From: an uncultured candidate division Zixibacteria bacterium
GTDB lineage: Bacteria; Zixibacteria; MSB-5A5; GN15; FEB-12
Assembly: GCA_963735035.1 (NCBI GenBank)
Contig: CAVTJJ010000003.1
Span: forward strand, 832,001 to 896,000
Length of the DNA: 64,000 nt
Direction of reading: 5' to 3'
Position 1 is the stretch's first letter. Each line of letters starts with the position of its first letter. Position numbers and translations under genes: made by a program. Positions 55,501 through 64,000 of the stretch are shown here, piece by piece. The notes beneath the pieces were generated by a model. It was not told the DNA's origin, ran no database searches, and saw nothing but the letters and a program-made list of their open reading frames with translations.

Positions 55501-56097
55501 ATGAACCCCACCGAAATTCTCTCAAGCGAGCACCGGATCATCGAAATCGTGCTCTCCTGCCTCGAACGCATCACCGAAGAGGCCCTTTCCAAAGGTCGCC
55601 TCGAACGTGAGTCCGCCGAACAGGCCCTAGATTTTATTCGCAACTTCGCGGACGGATGCCATCATTACAAAGAAGAGAAACTGCTGTTTGTCGCCCTGAC
55701 CGAAAAGGGCATGCCTCAACACGGCGGTCCCGTCGGCCAGATGCTGCACGAACACGAGGAAGGTCGGCAGTTTGTGGCAGGTATGGCCAGAAACATCGAA
55801 GCCGCTTCCACCGGTGACTCAATCTCGGTACGCGAGTTCGCCCAGAACGCCGGCGGATACATTCAGCTATTGCGAGCCCACATCCTCAAAGAGGATGGAA
55901 TCCTCTTCCGTATGGCTGAACGTATCTTCGACGACGACGACTGCGCCAGACTGCTCCAGTCATTCAGTGAGACTGAAATCCACCACATGGGTGAAGGTAC
56001 CCACGCCCGATATATGGGCCTGGCCGCGAACCTGGCGAAGAAATACGGCGTGCCTCATGAGCTGTTGCACAGCGCATCGTGCGGATGTGGCCATTAG
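55501..56097 (+). CDS. Hemerythrin-like (HHE) domain protein
   Basis: EHRII, HHYKEEKLLF, EHEEGR, HILKEDGILF; AAGGAG RBS before ATG 55501. Confidence 0.9.
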   Translation: MNPTEILSSEHRIIEIVLSCLERITEEALSKGRLERESAEQALDFIRNFADGCHHYKEEKLLFVALTEKGMPQHGGPVGQMLHEHEEGRQFVAGMARNIEAASTGDSISVREFAQNAGGYIQLLRAHILKEDGILFRMAERIFDDDDCARLLQSFSETEIHHMGEGTHARYMGLAANLAKKYGVPHELLHSASCGCGH

Positions 56098-56166
56098 GGA
56101 AGGACCAGACTCCATGAACGTTGACCGGTGCAAGTACGATTGAGTTAGATAGGAGGACGTAGGGAT

Positions 56167-58437
56167 ATGAAACGTTTATGGACCGCGTTCATACTGGTCG
56201 TGCTGGTTTCATTCGGGGTGCTAGGATGGGCCGGCATGAGAATCTATCAGGAAAAACCGCCGCTTCCGGAGAGCATCGCCACTCCGGACGGCACAAAGAT
56301 TATACCGGATGGGTACGTAGTCACCGGGCAGAGTGTCTGGCAGGCCATGGGTGGCATGGAACTCGGATCAATCTGGGGACACGGGAGCTATGTCGCCCCG
56401 GACTGGACCGCCGACTGGCTGCACCGTGAGTGTGTGTTCATCCTCAACGATTGGGCCAACGCCGACTTCACCGCGAACTATGACAACCTTAGCGGCGAGC
56501 AGCAGGCTGCTCTGCGCGAACGACTCAAAGAACTCATGCGCAAGAACACCTACGATCCGGCTACCGGGTGGATCACTCTCGAACCGATCCGCGCGCGAGC
56601 TTTCGCCGCCAACGTACAATATTATCAGCAACTGTTCACGCAGGGCAAACCGGAATACGCCATACCTGTCAATACGCTTACGGATACGGAGAAGATCACG
56701 CAACTGGCGTCGTTCTTCTTCTGGACCTCATGGGCCGCTTCGACCAATCGTCCCGGCCAGAGCATGTCATACACCAGCAACTGGCCGCATGAGCCGTTGA
56801 TCGACAATAATCCTACCGCCGATTCAATCATTTGGACGGGGTTCAGCATCATCATGCTGCTGGCGGGAATCGGCCTGATGGTCTGGTACCATGCTCGCGC
56901 AGAAGCGCGAGCTCGTGGCCGAGCAGATTCCGCAAACCGATCCGCTCTTCGATTTCAAACCGACGCCGTCGCAGAAGGCGATCGTCAAATACTTCTGGAC
57001 CGTGGCCGGTCTGTTTCTCCTCCAGATGCTTATGGGGGTGATATCTGCACATTACGGTGTAGAGGGAAACGGCTTCTACGGCATACCGATCGACAAATGG
57101 ATTCCGTATCACGGTCGTGCGCACCTGGCACACCCAGCTCGGCATCTTCTGGATCGCTACCGCCTGGCTTGCGGCGGGGCTGTTTATCGGGCCAGCCGTC
57201 AGTGGCGTCGAACTCAAGGGCCAGAGACTGGGTGTGAACGTCTTATTTGTCGCCCTCGTAACGGTCGTACTGGGATCGTTTGCCGGGGAATGGCTGAGCG
57301 TAAAAGGGTACCTCAGTGGCGACAGCTGGTTCTGGTTCGGACACCAGGGTCTCGAGTACGTCGATCTGGGCCGCGTCTGGCAGGTCAGCGCTTGTGGTAG
57401 GCCTCTTCCTGTGGTTGTATCTGGTTGGACGAAATGTCCTGATCGCCATCCGCAAGGGCGGGGAGCAGAAACCGCTCTTGACCATGTTTCTCATCTCGGC
57501 CGTGGCCATCGCCGGTTTCTACGCGGCCGGTCTAATGTGGGGCAAACACACGCATCTGTCCATCGTCGAGTACTGGCGCTGGTGGGTGGTGCATCTCTGG
57601 GTAGAAGGATTCTTCGAAGTCTTCGCCACTGCCGTGATCGCTTTTCTGTTTGCCAAACTGGGCCTGGTGCGCCTCAAGACCGCCAACTCGGCCGTCATCT
57701 TCTCTACCACGATCTTTCTCACCGGCGGCATCATCGGCACGCTTCACCATTTGTATTTCGCGGGCACACCGATCGCAGTCATGGCTCTCGGGGCGGTGTT
57801 CAGTGCTCTCGAAGTAGTCCCCCTTACTATCATTGGTTTCGAGGCCTGGGACAATATCCGGCTGTCACGCTCGGTGGAATGGGTCAAAAAATACCGCTGG
57901 CCGATCTATTTTTTTGTCGCGGTGGCCTTCTGGAACATGGTCGGCGCCGGACTGTTCGGCTTTATGATCAATCCCCCGATCGCCCTCTACTACATGCAGG
58001 GTCTCAACACCACCCCGGTTCACGGACATACTGCTTTGTTCGGCGTCTACGGCATGCTCGGCATCGGTCTGATGCTCTTTTGCCTGCGGGTACTCTATGT
58101 GAAACGTGACTGGAAGGACGGCATCATCAAGTTCTCCTTCTGGACCATCAATGTCGGACTTGCGCTGATGGTCTTGCTGAGCCTGCTTCCGGTCGGTTTC
58201 ATGCAAACGTGGGCTTCGGTCGAACACGGCTATTGGTTCGCCCGGTCGAGCGAGTTCCTCTATTCTCCCACGGTGACAGTGTTCAAATGGCTGCGCGCTC
58301 CCGGTGACATAATATTCGCCACCGGCATTTTGATCTTCGTGTTGTTCATCTTCGGCCTGGCGAGCGGCCATTCACTCTTGAAAGAACGCCCGATCACCCG
58401 TCAGCCAAGCGAGAAGAAACCCGAGAGAGTAGCGTAG
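56167..58437 (+). pseudogene. norB: Quinol-dependent nitric oxide reductase (qNor), interrupted by three +1 frameshifts (real or sequencing error)
   Basis: GSIWGHGSYVAPDWTADWLH, RTWHTQL, WWVVHLWVEGFFE, GTLHH, VHGHTALFGVYG spread over four overlapping ORFs; extra bases near 56896, 57110 and 57387. Confidence 0.88.
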
Positions 58438-58463
58438 AGTACATACCCCGGCGGACGTTTACC

Positions 58464-58495
58464 TAGCCCGGCCGATGTTGGCATCGGCCGGGCTA
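58464..58495 (+). terminator. 14-bp hairpin after qNor
   Basis: TAGCCCGGCCGATG-TTGG-CATCGGCCGGGCTA; weak U-tract. Confidence 0.55.
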
Positions 58496-58665
58496 CTATG
58501 TGCGTGGTGGACGTCCTCGTTCGACTAGAGGTAAGAGACTTGCCACAACTTGCCGATCTGTCTAGTTGACGTGTAACTCTGACTGGGATCGTCCAACCAA
58601 GTTTCACCGGACGCGGCTTTGGAGCCGTCAACTGACGACAATATGAGATACAGGATGGTTGCATC

Positions 58666-59430
58666 ATGCTTGTTATCGTAAAGGAAGACTACGATTCCAT
58701 GGGCCGTGAGGCGGCCCGAATTGTCGCCGACCGTCTGCACGCCAAACCAAATCTGGTTCTCGGCCTCGCCACCGGCAGCAGTCCGCTTGGGCTCTACACT
58801 GAATTAATTCGCATGCACCGCCAGGAGGGACTCGATTTCTCCAAGGTCACTACCTTCAATCTCGATGAATATGTCGGGCTTCCTCCCGAGCACGATCAGA
58901 GCTACCACTACTTCATGCGCGAACATCTGTTCAACCATATTAATGTCGATCCCCGTTACGTACATATTCCTTTGGGAACCGCCAAAGATATCAACGCCTT
59001 CTGTCAATGGTACGAACAACGGATAACCGAGGCGGGTGGCATCGATCTGCAGGTGCTCGGTATCGGCGCCAACGGACATATCGCGTTCAACGAGCCCGGC
59101 TCCTCTCTTGGATCGCGCACTAGAATCAAAACTTTGACTGGAACGACCCGACTAGACAACGGCCGCTTCTTCAAGAACGCCGATGAGGTCCCCAAGTACG
59201 CCATTACCATGGGCGTTGGAACAATCATGGAAGCTCGAGAAATCGTTCTCTTGGCCTCCGGTTCCGCCAAAGCTGACGCCATAAAGGCCGCGGTCGAAGG
59301 GCCGATTACGGCCACCTGTCCGGCCTCGATAATTCAGATGCATCCCAAAGCGTATGTAGTGATAGACAAAGACGCGGCCGTAAAGTTATCCTGTCTGTAC
59401 AACGACACCTGGGACTCCGAGACGCTTTAG
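58666..59430 (+). CDS. nagB: Glucosamine-6-phosphate deaminase
   Basis: LGLATGSSP, TFNLDEYVGL, LGIGANGHIAFNEPG, AITMGVGTI. Confidence 0.96.
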   Translation: MLVIVKEDYDSMGREAARIVADRLHAKPNLVLGLATGSSPLGLYTELIRMHRQEGLDFSKVTTFNLDEYVGLPPEHDQSYHYFMREHLFNHINVDPRYVHIPLGTAKDINAFCQWYEQRITEAGGIDLQVLGIGANGHIAFNEPGSSLGSRTRIKTLTGTTRLDNGRFFKNADEVPKYAITMGVGTIMEAREIVLLASGSAKADAIKAAVEGPITATCPASIIQMHPKAYVVIDKDAAVKLSCLYNDTWDSETL

Positions 59431-59612
59431 TTGGCTGTCATCCAATAAGTTAGGCTTTGCAGGGAGCCAGATTCTGAGCCGGCTACTGCCGACGATGTTC
59501 CAGACCTGGTTGAAACCAACGTTTGGCGGACTCTGTTCGCAAATATCTATGCCAATCAATTGAATAACAAGATGTTATAAGATTAGTCGCAGATTCTTGA
59601 AACTTACAGTGA

Positions 59613-59660
59613 TTAAATGCCGTTTAATTACTTGACAGCGTTCAGCTACTTGCCGATATT
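59613..59660 (+). promoter_or_regulatory. tetR promoter with two putative TetR operators
   Basis: TTAAATGCCGTTTAA (59613-59627), CTTGACAGCGTTCAG (59631-59645); TTGACA-N17-GATATT. Confidence 0.55.
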
Positions 59661-59691
59661 GGCGGGTGTAGACTGAACCAACGAATAGAAA

Positions 59692-60315
59692 GTGATGAGA
59701 GTCATGGGTACTGCTGAAAGACGAGAGCGCGAACGAGGCGAGATGCGCGACGCTATAGTCGACGCAGCAGTCGAGCTGTTTCTGGCCGAAGGATATGAAA
59801 ATACCTCGATCCGTCGGATCGCCGAGAAGATCGAGTACACTCCGGGCGCCATCTACTCTTATTTCAAAGACAAAGATGAGATCCTCTTCGAGATTCACAA
59901 GAAGGGGTTCGACAAGCTCTTCGAATATCTTCTGCCGGCTCTCGAAGGTGCCGATCCGCTCGATCGGCTCTATAGAACCGGACGTCTATATATCAAGTTC
60001 GCCCTGGAGAATCCCAAGTACTACGACGTGATGTTCATCGATAATAGTGCGGCCAGAACTATCCAGGAAGAATGCAATTGGGAATGCGGCCACCGAGCGT
60101 ACGATGTACTCCGGAAGATTATTGCAGAGTGCATCGAAGGCCGACTTCTCCCTCAGGGAGACATCGATCTCGCCGCCTATTCATTCTGGTCACTGACTCA
60201 CGGTATGGTATCGCTGGTACTTCGCGGCCGGAGTATGGTGCGAGCAGAGGAACAGGACGCCATGCTCAATGGCGCCTTCGAATACATGTGGTCAGCAATC
60301 GTTGGTAAGAGATAG
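59692..60315 (+). CDS. TetR/AcrR family regulator
   Basis: IVDAAVELFLAEGYENTSIRRIAEKIEYTPGAIYSYFKDK; start may be ATG 59704. Confidence 0.95.
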   Translation: MMRVMGTAERRERERGEMRDAIVDAAVELFLAEGYENTSIRRIAEKIEYTPGAIYSYFKDKDEILFEIHKKGFDKLFEYLLPALEGADPLDRLYRTGRLYIKFALENPKYYDVMFIDNSAARTIQEECNWECGHRAYDVLRKIIAECIEGRLLPQGDIDLAAYSFWSLTHGMVSLVLRGRSMVRAEEQDAMLNGAFEYMWSAIVGKR

Positions 60316-60335
60316 TATATTTTTTTGACCTTCAA

Positions 60336-60350
60336 TTGAACGGTGTTTAA
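60336..60350. promoter_or_regulatory. Putative TetR operator before tolC
   Basis: TTGAAC-GGT-GTTTAA, related to the two sites upstream of tetR. Confidence 0.55.
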
Positions 60351-60355
60351 GAATT

Positions 60356-61759
60356 ATGCAACGTTTAGCAAGACATAGGAATACGACGACCAGATGGCAG
60401 ATTGTGGCGGCTTCAATAGCCACGACCGTGCTATATGCCTCGACATTCGCGCAGACTCCCACCCACTTGGATCAGTATGTGCAACTGGGTCTTCATCAGA
60501 ACCTCTCGCTGCAGCAGCAGGAACTGACCGTTCGCAAGGCGTCTGAAGCCACGAAAGAAGCGCGTGGTTTGCTGCTTCCGTCGCTGTCAGTCGACACCCG
60601 GTACAGTGACATAAGCGGCAATTCGCTCGATTTCGGCGATCTGATCAACCCGGCCTACGCGACCTTGAATCAGCTCACCGGTCAGAATCGGTTTCCGACC
60701 AACCTGAGTTTGAAGATCCCGTACAAGCAGGAAACGAAATTCCGCCTGACTCAGCCGGTCTTCCAGCCGAAAGCCATCTACAATCTGCGGCTTCGGCGCG
60801 ACTTGAAGCAGGCCGAGCAGGCGCATCTGGACGCCTCCGCCCGTGACCTGGTCGCGCAGATAAAGACTACTTATCTGGACTATGCCAAGTCGGTGCGCGT
60901 GGTCGAGCTGTACACTCAGACTTTGCAGTTGCTCGAAGAGAATCTCCGAGTCAGCCAGAAGCTGGTAGACAACCAGAAGGCGACGCTTGACGTCCTCTAT
61001 CGTGCCAGGGCGGAGTTGAGCGACGTGCAGCAGAAGCGGGACGAAGCTGAACTCCGTCGTTCGGATGTTGCCCGATTCTTCAATTTCCTGCTCGACCGAC
61101 CCACGGATGCGGCTATCGAACTCGATCCTGATTCGGTCATCAGTGACATCACAATCCCGACCCTTGATCAAGTTGTTCGTTCGGGGCTGGAGCAGCGCGA
61201 CGAACTTAGGCAGCTCGACTACGGCGTACGGGCGTCATCGAACAACGTCAAGCTCAATACATCAGCATACCTGCCCAACGTGGCGGTGGTTGCAGACTAT
61301 GGATTTCAGGGTCAGGACTACCGCTTCTCTTCCAAGAACGACGTGACCACGATCTCGCTGGTCGCACAATGGAACATATTCAACGGCGGTCAGGATGCCT
61401 CCCGTCGCGCTCAGGCGGTATTGGACGTGAAGCGTCTTTCCACCCAGAAGGATGAACTTCAGAAGCAAATTGAGCTTCAGGTTCGGCAGACCTACGATGC
61501 CGTCAGGGTCGCCAAGCAGGCTCAGGCTACTTCCCGCGACCGCCTGCAGAGCGCGCAGAAGTCATTCGAGCTGGTATCCCGCAGGTTCTCCGAAGGGATG
61601 GCGTCACAGGTTGAATTTCTCGATGCCCGGACCAATTTCACTTCGGCCGGCATCAACGATATTCTCACCACGTACAGTTTCGTTCAAACGTTTGTTCAAC
61701 TGGAGCGTGCCGGCGCGCTTTTCTCAGTACAACTCGACAATCTCAGTCAGGACAAGTAA
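60356..61759 (+). CDS. TolC family outer-membrane efflux protein
   Basis: Signal peptide; LTQPVF, AYLPNV, WNIFNGG, RFSEGMASQVEFLDA. Confidence 0.92.
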   Translation: MQRLARHRNTTTRWQIVAASIATTVLYASTFAQTPTHLDQYVQLGLHQNLSLQQQELTVRKASEATKEARGLLLPSLSVDTRYSDISGNSLDFGDLINPAYATLNQLTGQNRFPTNLSLKIPYKQETKFRLTQPVFQPKAIYNLRLRRDLKQAEQAHLDASARDLVAQIKTTYLDYAKSVRVVELYTQTLQLLEENLRVSQKLVDNQKATLDVLYRARAELSDVQQKRDEAELRRSDVARFFNFLLDRPTDAAIELDPDSVISDITIPTLDQVVRSGLEQRDELRQLDYGVRASSNNVKLNTSAYLPNVAVVADYGFQGQDYRFSSKNDVTTISLVAQWNIFNGGQDASRRAQAVLDVKRLSTQKDELQKQIELQVRQTYDAVRVAKQAQATSRDRLQSAQKSFELVSRRFSEGMASQVEFLDARTNFTSAGINDILTTYSFVQTFVQLERAGALFSVQLDNLSQDK

Positions 61760-61772
61760 GGAGTCTACTCAC

Positions 61773-62837
61773 ATGCGAAACACAATTTTAATCATCTCAG
61801 CCCTGGTGTTGACAATCGCTTTGTCGATGCTTGCCGGATGCGGCGCCAGTTCGAACGCCGCCGCCACCAACGGGACAGTGACTTCGGCTCCGATACCTGT
61901 GCGCCTGGCCACGGTTGAACACACCAACGCCGGTCTTCCGGTGCGCGCGGTCGGCAAGCTCGAAGCTAAAGAAGAGTTGCGGCTGTCATTCAAGATCGGT
62001 GGCATTGTCGAGAAGGTGTATGTGGATGAAGGCCAGAAGGTGTCCAAAGGTCAACTGCTCGCCACTCTCAGCCTGACCGAAATTGATGCTCAACTGAAGC
62101 AGGCGCAGAACGGTTTCGACAAGGCCGACCGTGATCTTCAGAGAGTAAAGAATCTCTTTGCCGACACCGTCGCCACACTGGAACAACTTCAGAACGCTAC
62201 CACCGCGTGGGAAATGGCCAAGGCCGGTCTCGACGCGGCCGCATTCAATCGCAAGTACTCGCAGATCTATGCGCCTTCGGACGGCCGCATACTCCGGCGG
62301 ATGGCGGATGACCATGAGCAGATAGCCTCAGGTACCACCGTAATCGTCATGGCCGGCTACGAAAAAGGCTGGATCGTGCGGGCCGGGCTGGCTGATCGTG
62401 ACATAATGCGGATACAGACGGGCGATTCTGCGAAAATTGAATTTGATGCCCTTCCCGGAAATCCCGTAACCGGGAACGTCGCGGAAATTGGCGCCGCCCC
62501 GAACCCGATGAATGGAACTTACGAAGTAGAAATCCGGGTCGACCATCCGTCGGAACGGCTGGTTACCGGACTTATTGGAAAGATCACGATCACACCGGCT
62601 ACGACTAAGCAGATGTCATTGGTCCCAATCGAAGCGCTCGTTGAAGCCAACGGCACCAGCGGCTTCGTGTTCGCCCCGGCGTTCGATGAGAAGACGGCCA
62701 TGAAAGTGCCCGTCACGGTCGCGTATATCCAGGAAGGCAAAGTCAGCATCCAGGGCGACCTGCCGGGAATCAGTGAAGTTATTACTGCGGGTGCGACGAA
62801 GCTGACCGACGGCGCGTTCGTCAGCGTTGTAAAGTAA
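61773..62837 (+). CDS. RND efflux periplasmic adaptor (lipoprotein)
   Basis: Lipobox LAGC; LSFKIGGIVEKVYVDEGQKVSKGQLLA, IYAPSDG; AAGGAG RBS. Confidence 0.93.
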   Translation: MRNTILIISALVLTIALSMLAGCGASSNAAATNGTVTSAPIPVRLATVEHTNAGLPVRAVGKLEAKEELRLSFKIGGIVEKVYVDEGQKVSKGQLLATLSLTEIDAQLKQAQNGFDKADRDLQRVKNLFADTVATLEQLQNATTAWEMAKAGLDAAAFNRKYSQIYAPSDGRILRRMADDHEQIASGTTVIVMAGYEKGWIVRAGLADRDIMRIQTGDSAKIEFDALPGNPVTGNVAEIGAAPNPMNGTYEVEIRVDHPSERLVTGLIGKITITPATTKQMSLVPIEALVEANGTSGFVFAPAFDEKTAMKVPVTVAYIQEGKVSIQGDLPGISEVITAGATKLTDGAFVSVVK

Positions 62838-62876
62838 CGCCTCCGACCATTATTGAGATCGATCAGGAGCCCAAAC

Positions 62877-64000
62877 ATGAAACTTGCAGAGTTCTCTGTC
62901 AAAAACTTCCAGTTCACGATTGTCGTGTTCGTCATGCTGATCGGACTGGGGTTGACATCGTTCATGAACATACCGCGGTCGGAGGACCCGGTGTTTCCGA
63001 TACCCTCTTTCGCGGTGGTGGCGGTCCTGCCCGGTGGGACTCCGCACGACGTCGAACAGCTCCTGATCAATCCGATTGAGAAGAGCCTTAAGGAGCTTGA
63101 GGACATAGACGCGATCAAGTCAACGGCCGAGGACCAGTTGGCAATCGTGAATATCGAGTTCCACGCCGACGCCGATACCGAGCAGAAACATGATGCGGTG
63201 CTGCGACAGATCAACAGCATTCGCGGAACGTTGCCGGCCGAGCTTCTCAGCCTTGAAGTCATCAAGTACAGCACCAGCAATGTCAATATCGTGCAGTGTG
63301 CGCTCGTGTCCGACTCGGTCGATTTCAAGATTCTCGAGAAGCAGGCCACCAATCTCAAGGACCGCATTGACGCCATCAGCGGAATCAAAGATTCCAAGGT
63401 ACTCGCTTGCCCCGAAACTCAGGTGCGCATTGCCCTCGACCTGGAGCGCATTGCCGCCCTGCACATTCCTTTGAATCAGATCATCGGCGCCGTGCAAAGC
63501 GACAATGCCAACATACCAGGCGGCTCAGTGGAATCCGGAACCCGCCGTTTCAATCTCGAAATGTCCGGCCGCTATGAGTCGCTCGACCAGATCGGCTCGA
63601 CGGTGATTGGCACGTCGGATGGGGCCGTGGTTCGGGTACGTGACGTGGCCGAAGTCTCCTGGAATCACGAAGACGAATCGTATACGGCCCGTTTCAATGG
63701 TCGTCGCGCCGTCTTTGTGGTCGCTTCCCTGCAGGGAGGCAAGAATATCTTCGAGGTGCGCGATCGGGTATACGCCGAATTAGGTGATTTCTCGAAGAAC
63801 CTGCCGTCGGGTGTGAAGCTGGAAACCGGCTTCGATCAGTCGAAAAACGTCGCACGACGCTTGGATCATTTGTTCATCGATTTTCTTATCGCTATCACCC
63901 TGGTCTTGATTACACTATTGCCGCTGGGACCCCGCGCCTCACTCATTGTCATGATATCCATCCCGCTGTCAATCGCGATCGGTACAACCCTGTTGTACTG
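62877..64000 (+). CDS. RND efflux permease (AcrB/D/F family), truncated by the window end
   Basis: ATG 62877 after AGGAG; MKLAEFSVKNFQFT...IPRSEDP...; open to the window end with SIPLS in the TM region. Confidence 0.9.
   Translation, partial: MKLAEFSVKNFQFTIVVFVMLIGLGLTSFMNIPRSEDPVFPIPSFAVVAVLPGGTPHDVEQLLINPIEKSLKELEDIDAIKSTAEDQLAIVNIEFHADADTEQKHDAVLRQINSIRGTLPAELLSLEVIKYSTSNVNIVQCALVSDSVDFKILEKQATNLKDRIDAISGIKDSKVLACPETQVRIALDLERIAALHIPLNQIIGAVQSDNANIPGGSVESGTRRFNLEMSGRYESLDQIGSTVIGTSDGAVVRVRDVAEVSWNHEDESYTARFNGRRAVFVVASLQGGKNIFEVRDRVYAELGDFSKNLPSGVKLETGFDQSKNVARRLDHLFIDFLIAITLVLITLLPLGPRASLIVMISIPLSIAIGTTLLY

Noticed and set aside
56167..58437. Possible nitric oxide dismutase (Nod) or a naturally split Nor
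   Set aside because: Canonical qNor ligands (HLWVEGFFE, GTLHH, HGH) are retained, and the pieces join by single-base corrections.
61452..61772. N-terminal extension of the RND adaptor in the ORF track
   Set aside because: Overlaps tolC; the RBS and lipoprotein signal place the start at 61773.
1..64000. tRNA, rRNA, prophage, integron or anti-phage defence genes
   Set aside because: None recognised by eye; tRNAscan-SE and Infernal were not run, so small RNAs could be missed.

Overview
Bacterial chromosomal window, GC-rich. The cohesin-like secreted protein with a NYPNPFNP-type C-terminal sorting domain suggests the FCB group, possibly Zixibacteria (inference only). Left to right: (1) 0.1-6.5 kb: yjbQ, thpR, PfkB kinase, DUF1003, archease and rtcB, with palindromic REP/REPIN elements in most intergenic gaps. 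(2) 6.5-18 kb: CHASE8-type chemoreceptor divergent from a YfiR-family gene, rubrerythrin-like protein, transglutaminase, DsrC/TusE-family protein, large secreted protein, GNAT, YciI, pirin. (3) 18-21.4 kb: arsR-arsP-thioredoxin-arsF-arsG-like operon. (4) 21.5-29.2 kb: two paralogous chemoreceptors, a porin and a LuxR-type regulator sharing a TGACTA-N6/7-TAGTCA palindrome. (5) CPA2 antiporter, acylating aldehyde dehydrogenase, and a REP-associated tyrosine transposase (RAYT) cassette flanked by its REPs and a 27-bp direct repeat. (6) The main feature, 33.9-51.1 kb on the minus strand: an extracellular electron transfer island of seven multiheme cytochromes (81 canonical CxxCH motifs by manual count). 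It combines an MtrAB-like porin-cytochrome conduit, two OmcS-like hexaheme nanowire-type subunits, a 42-heme cytochrome, two beta-propellers, two CsgG/GNA1162-like lipoproteins and a second beta-barrel. (7) A divergent TlpA-DUF4266-DUF3570-ApbE flavinylation cluster. (8) Rrf2-hemerythrin-qNor, with three +1 frameshifts in qNor. (9) nagB, then a TetR-regulated RND efflux operon cut by the window end. All family calls come from motif recognition, not database searches.
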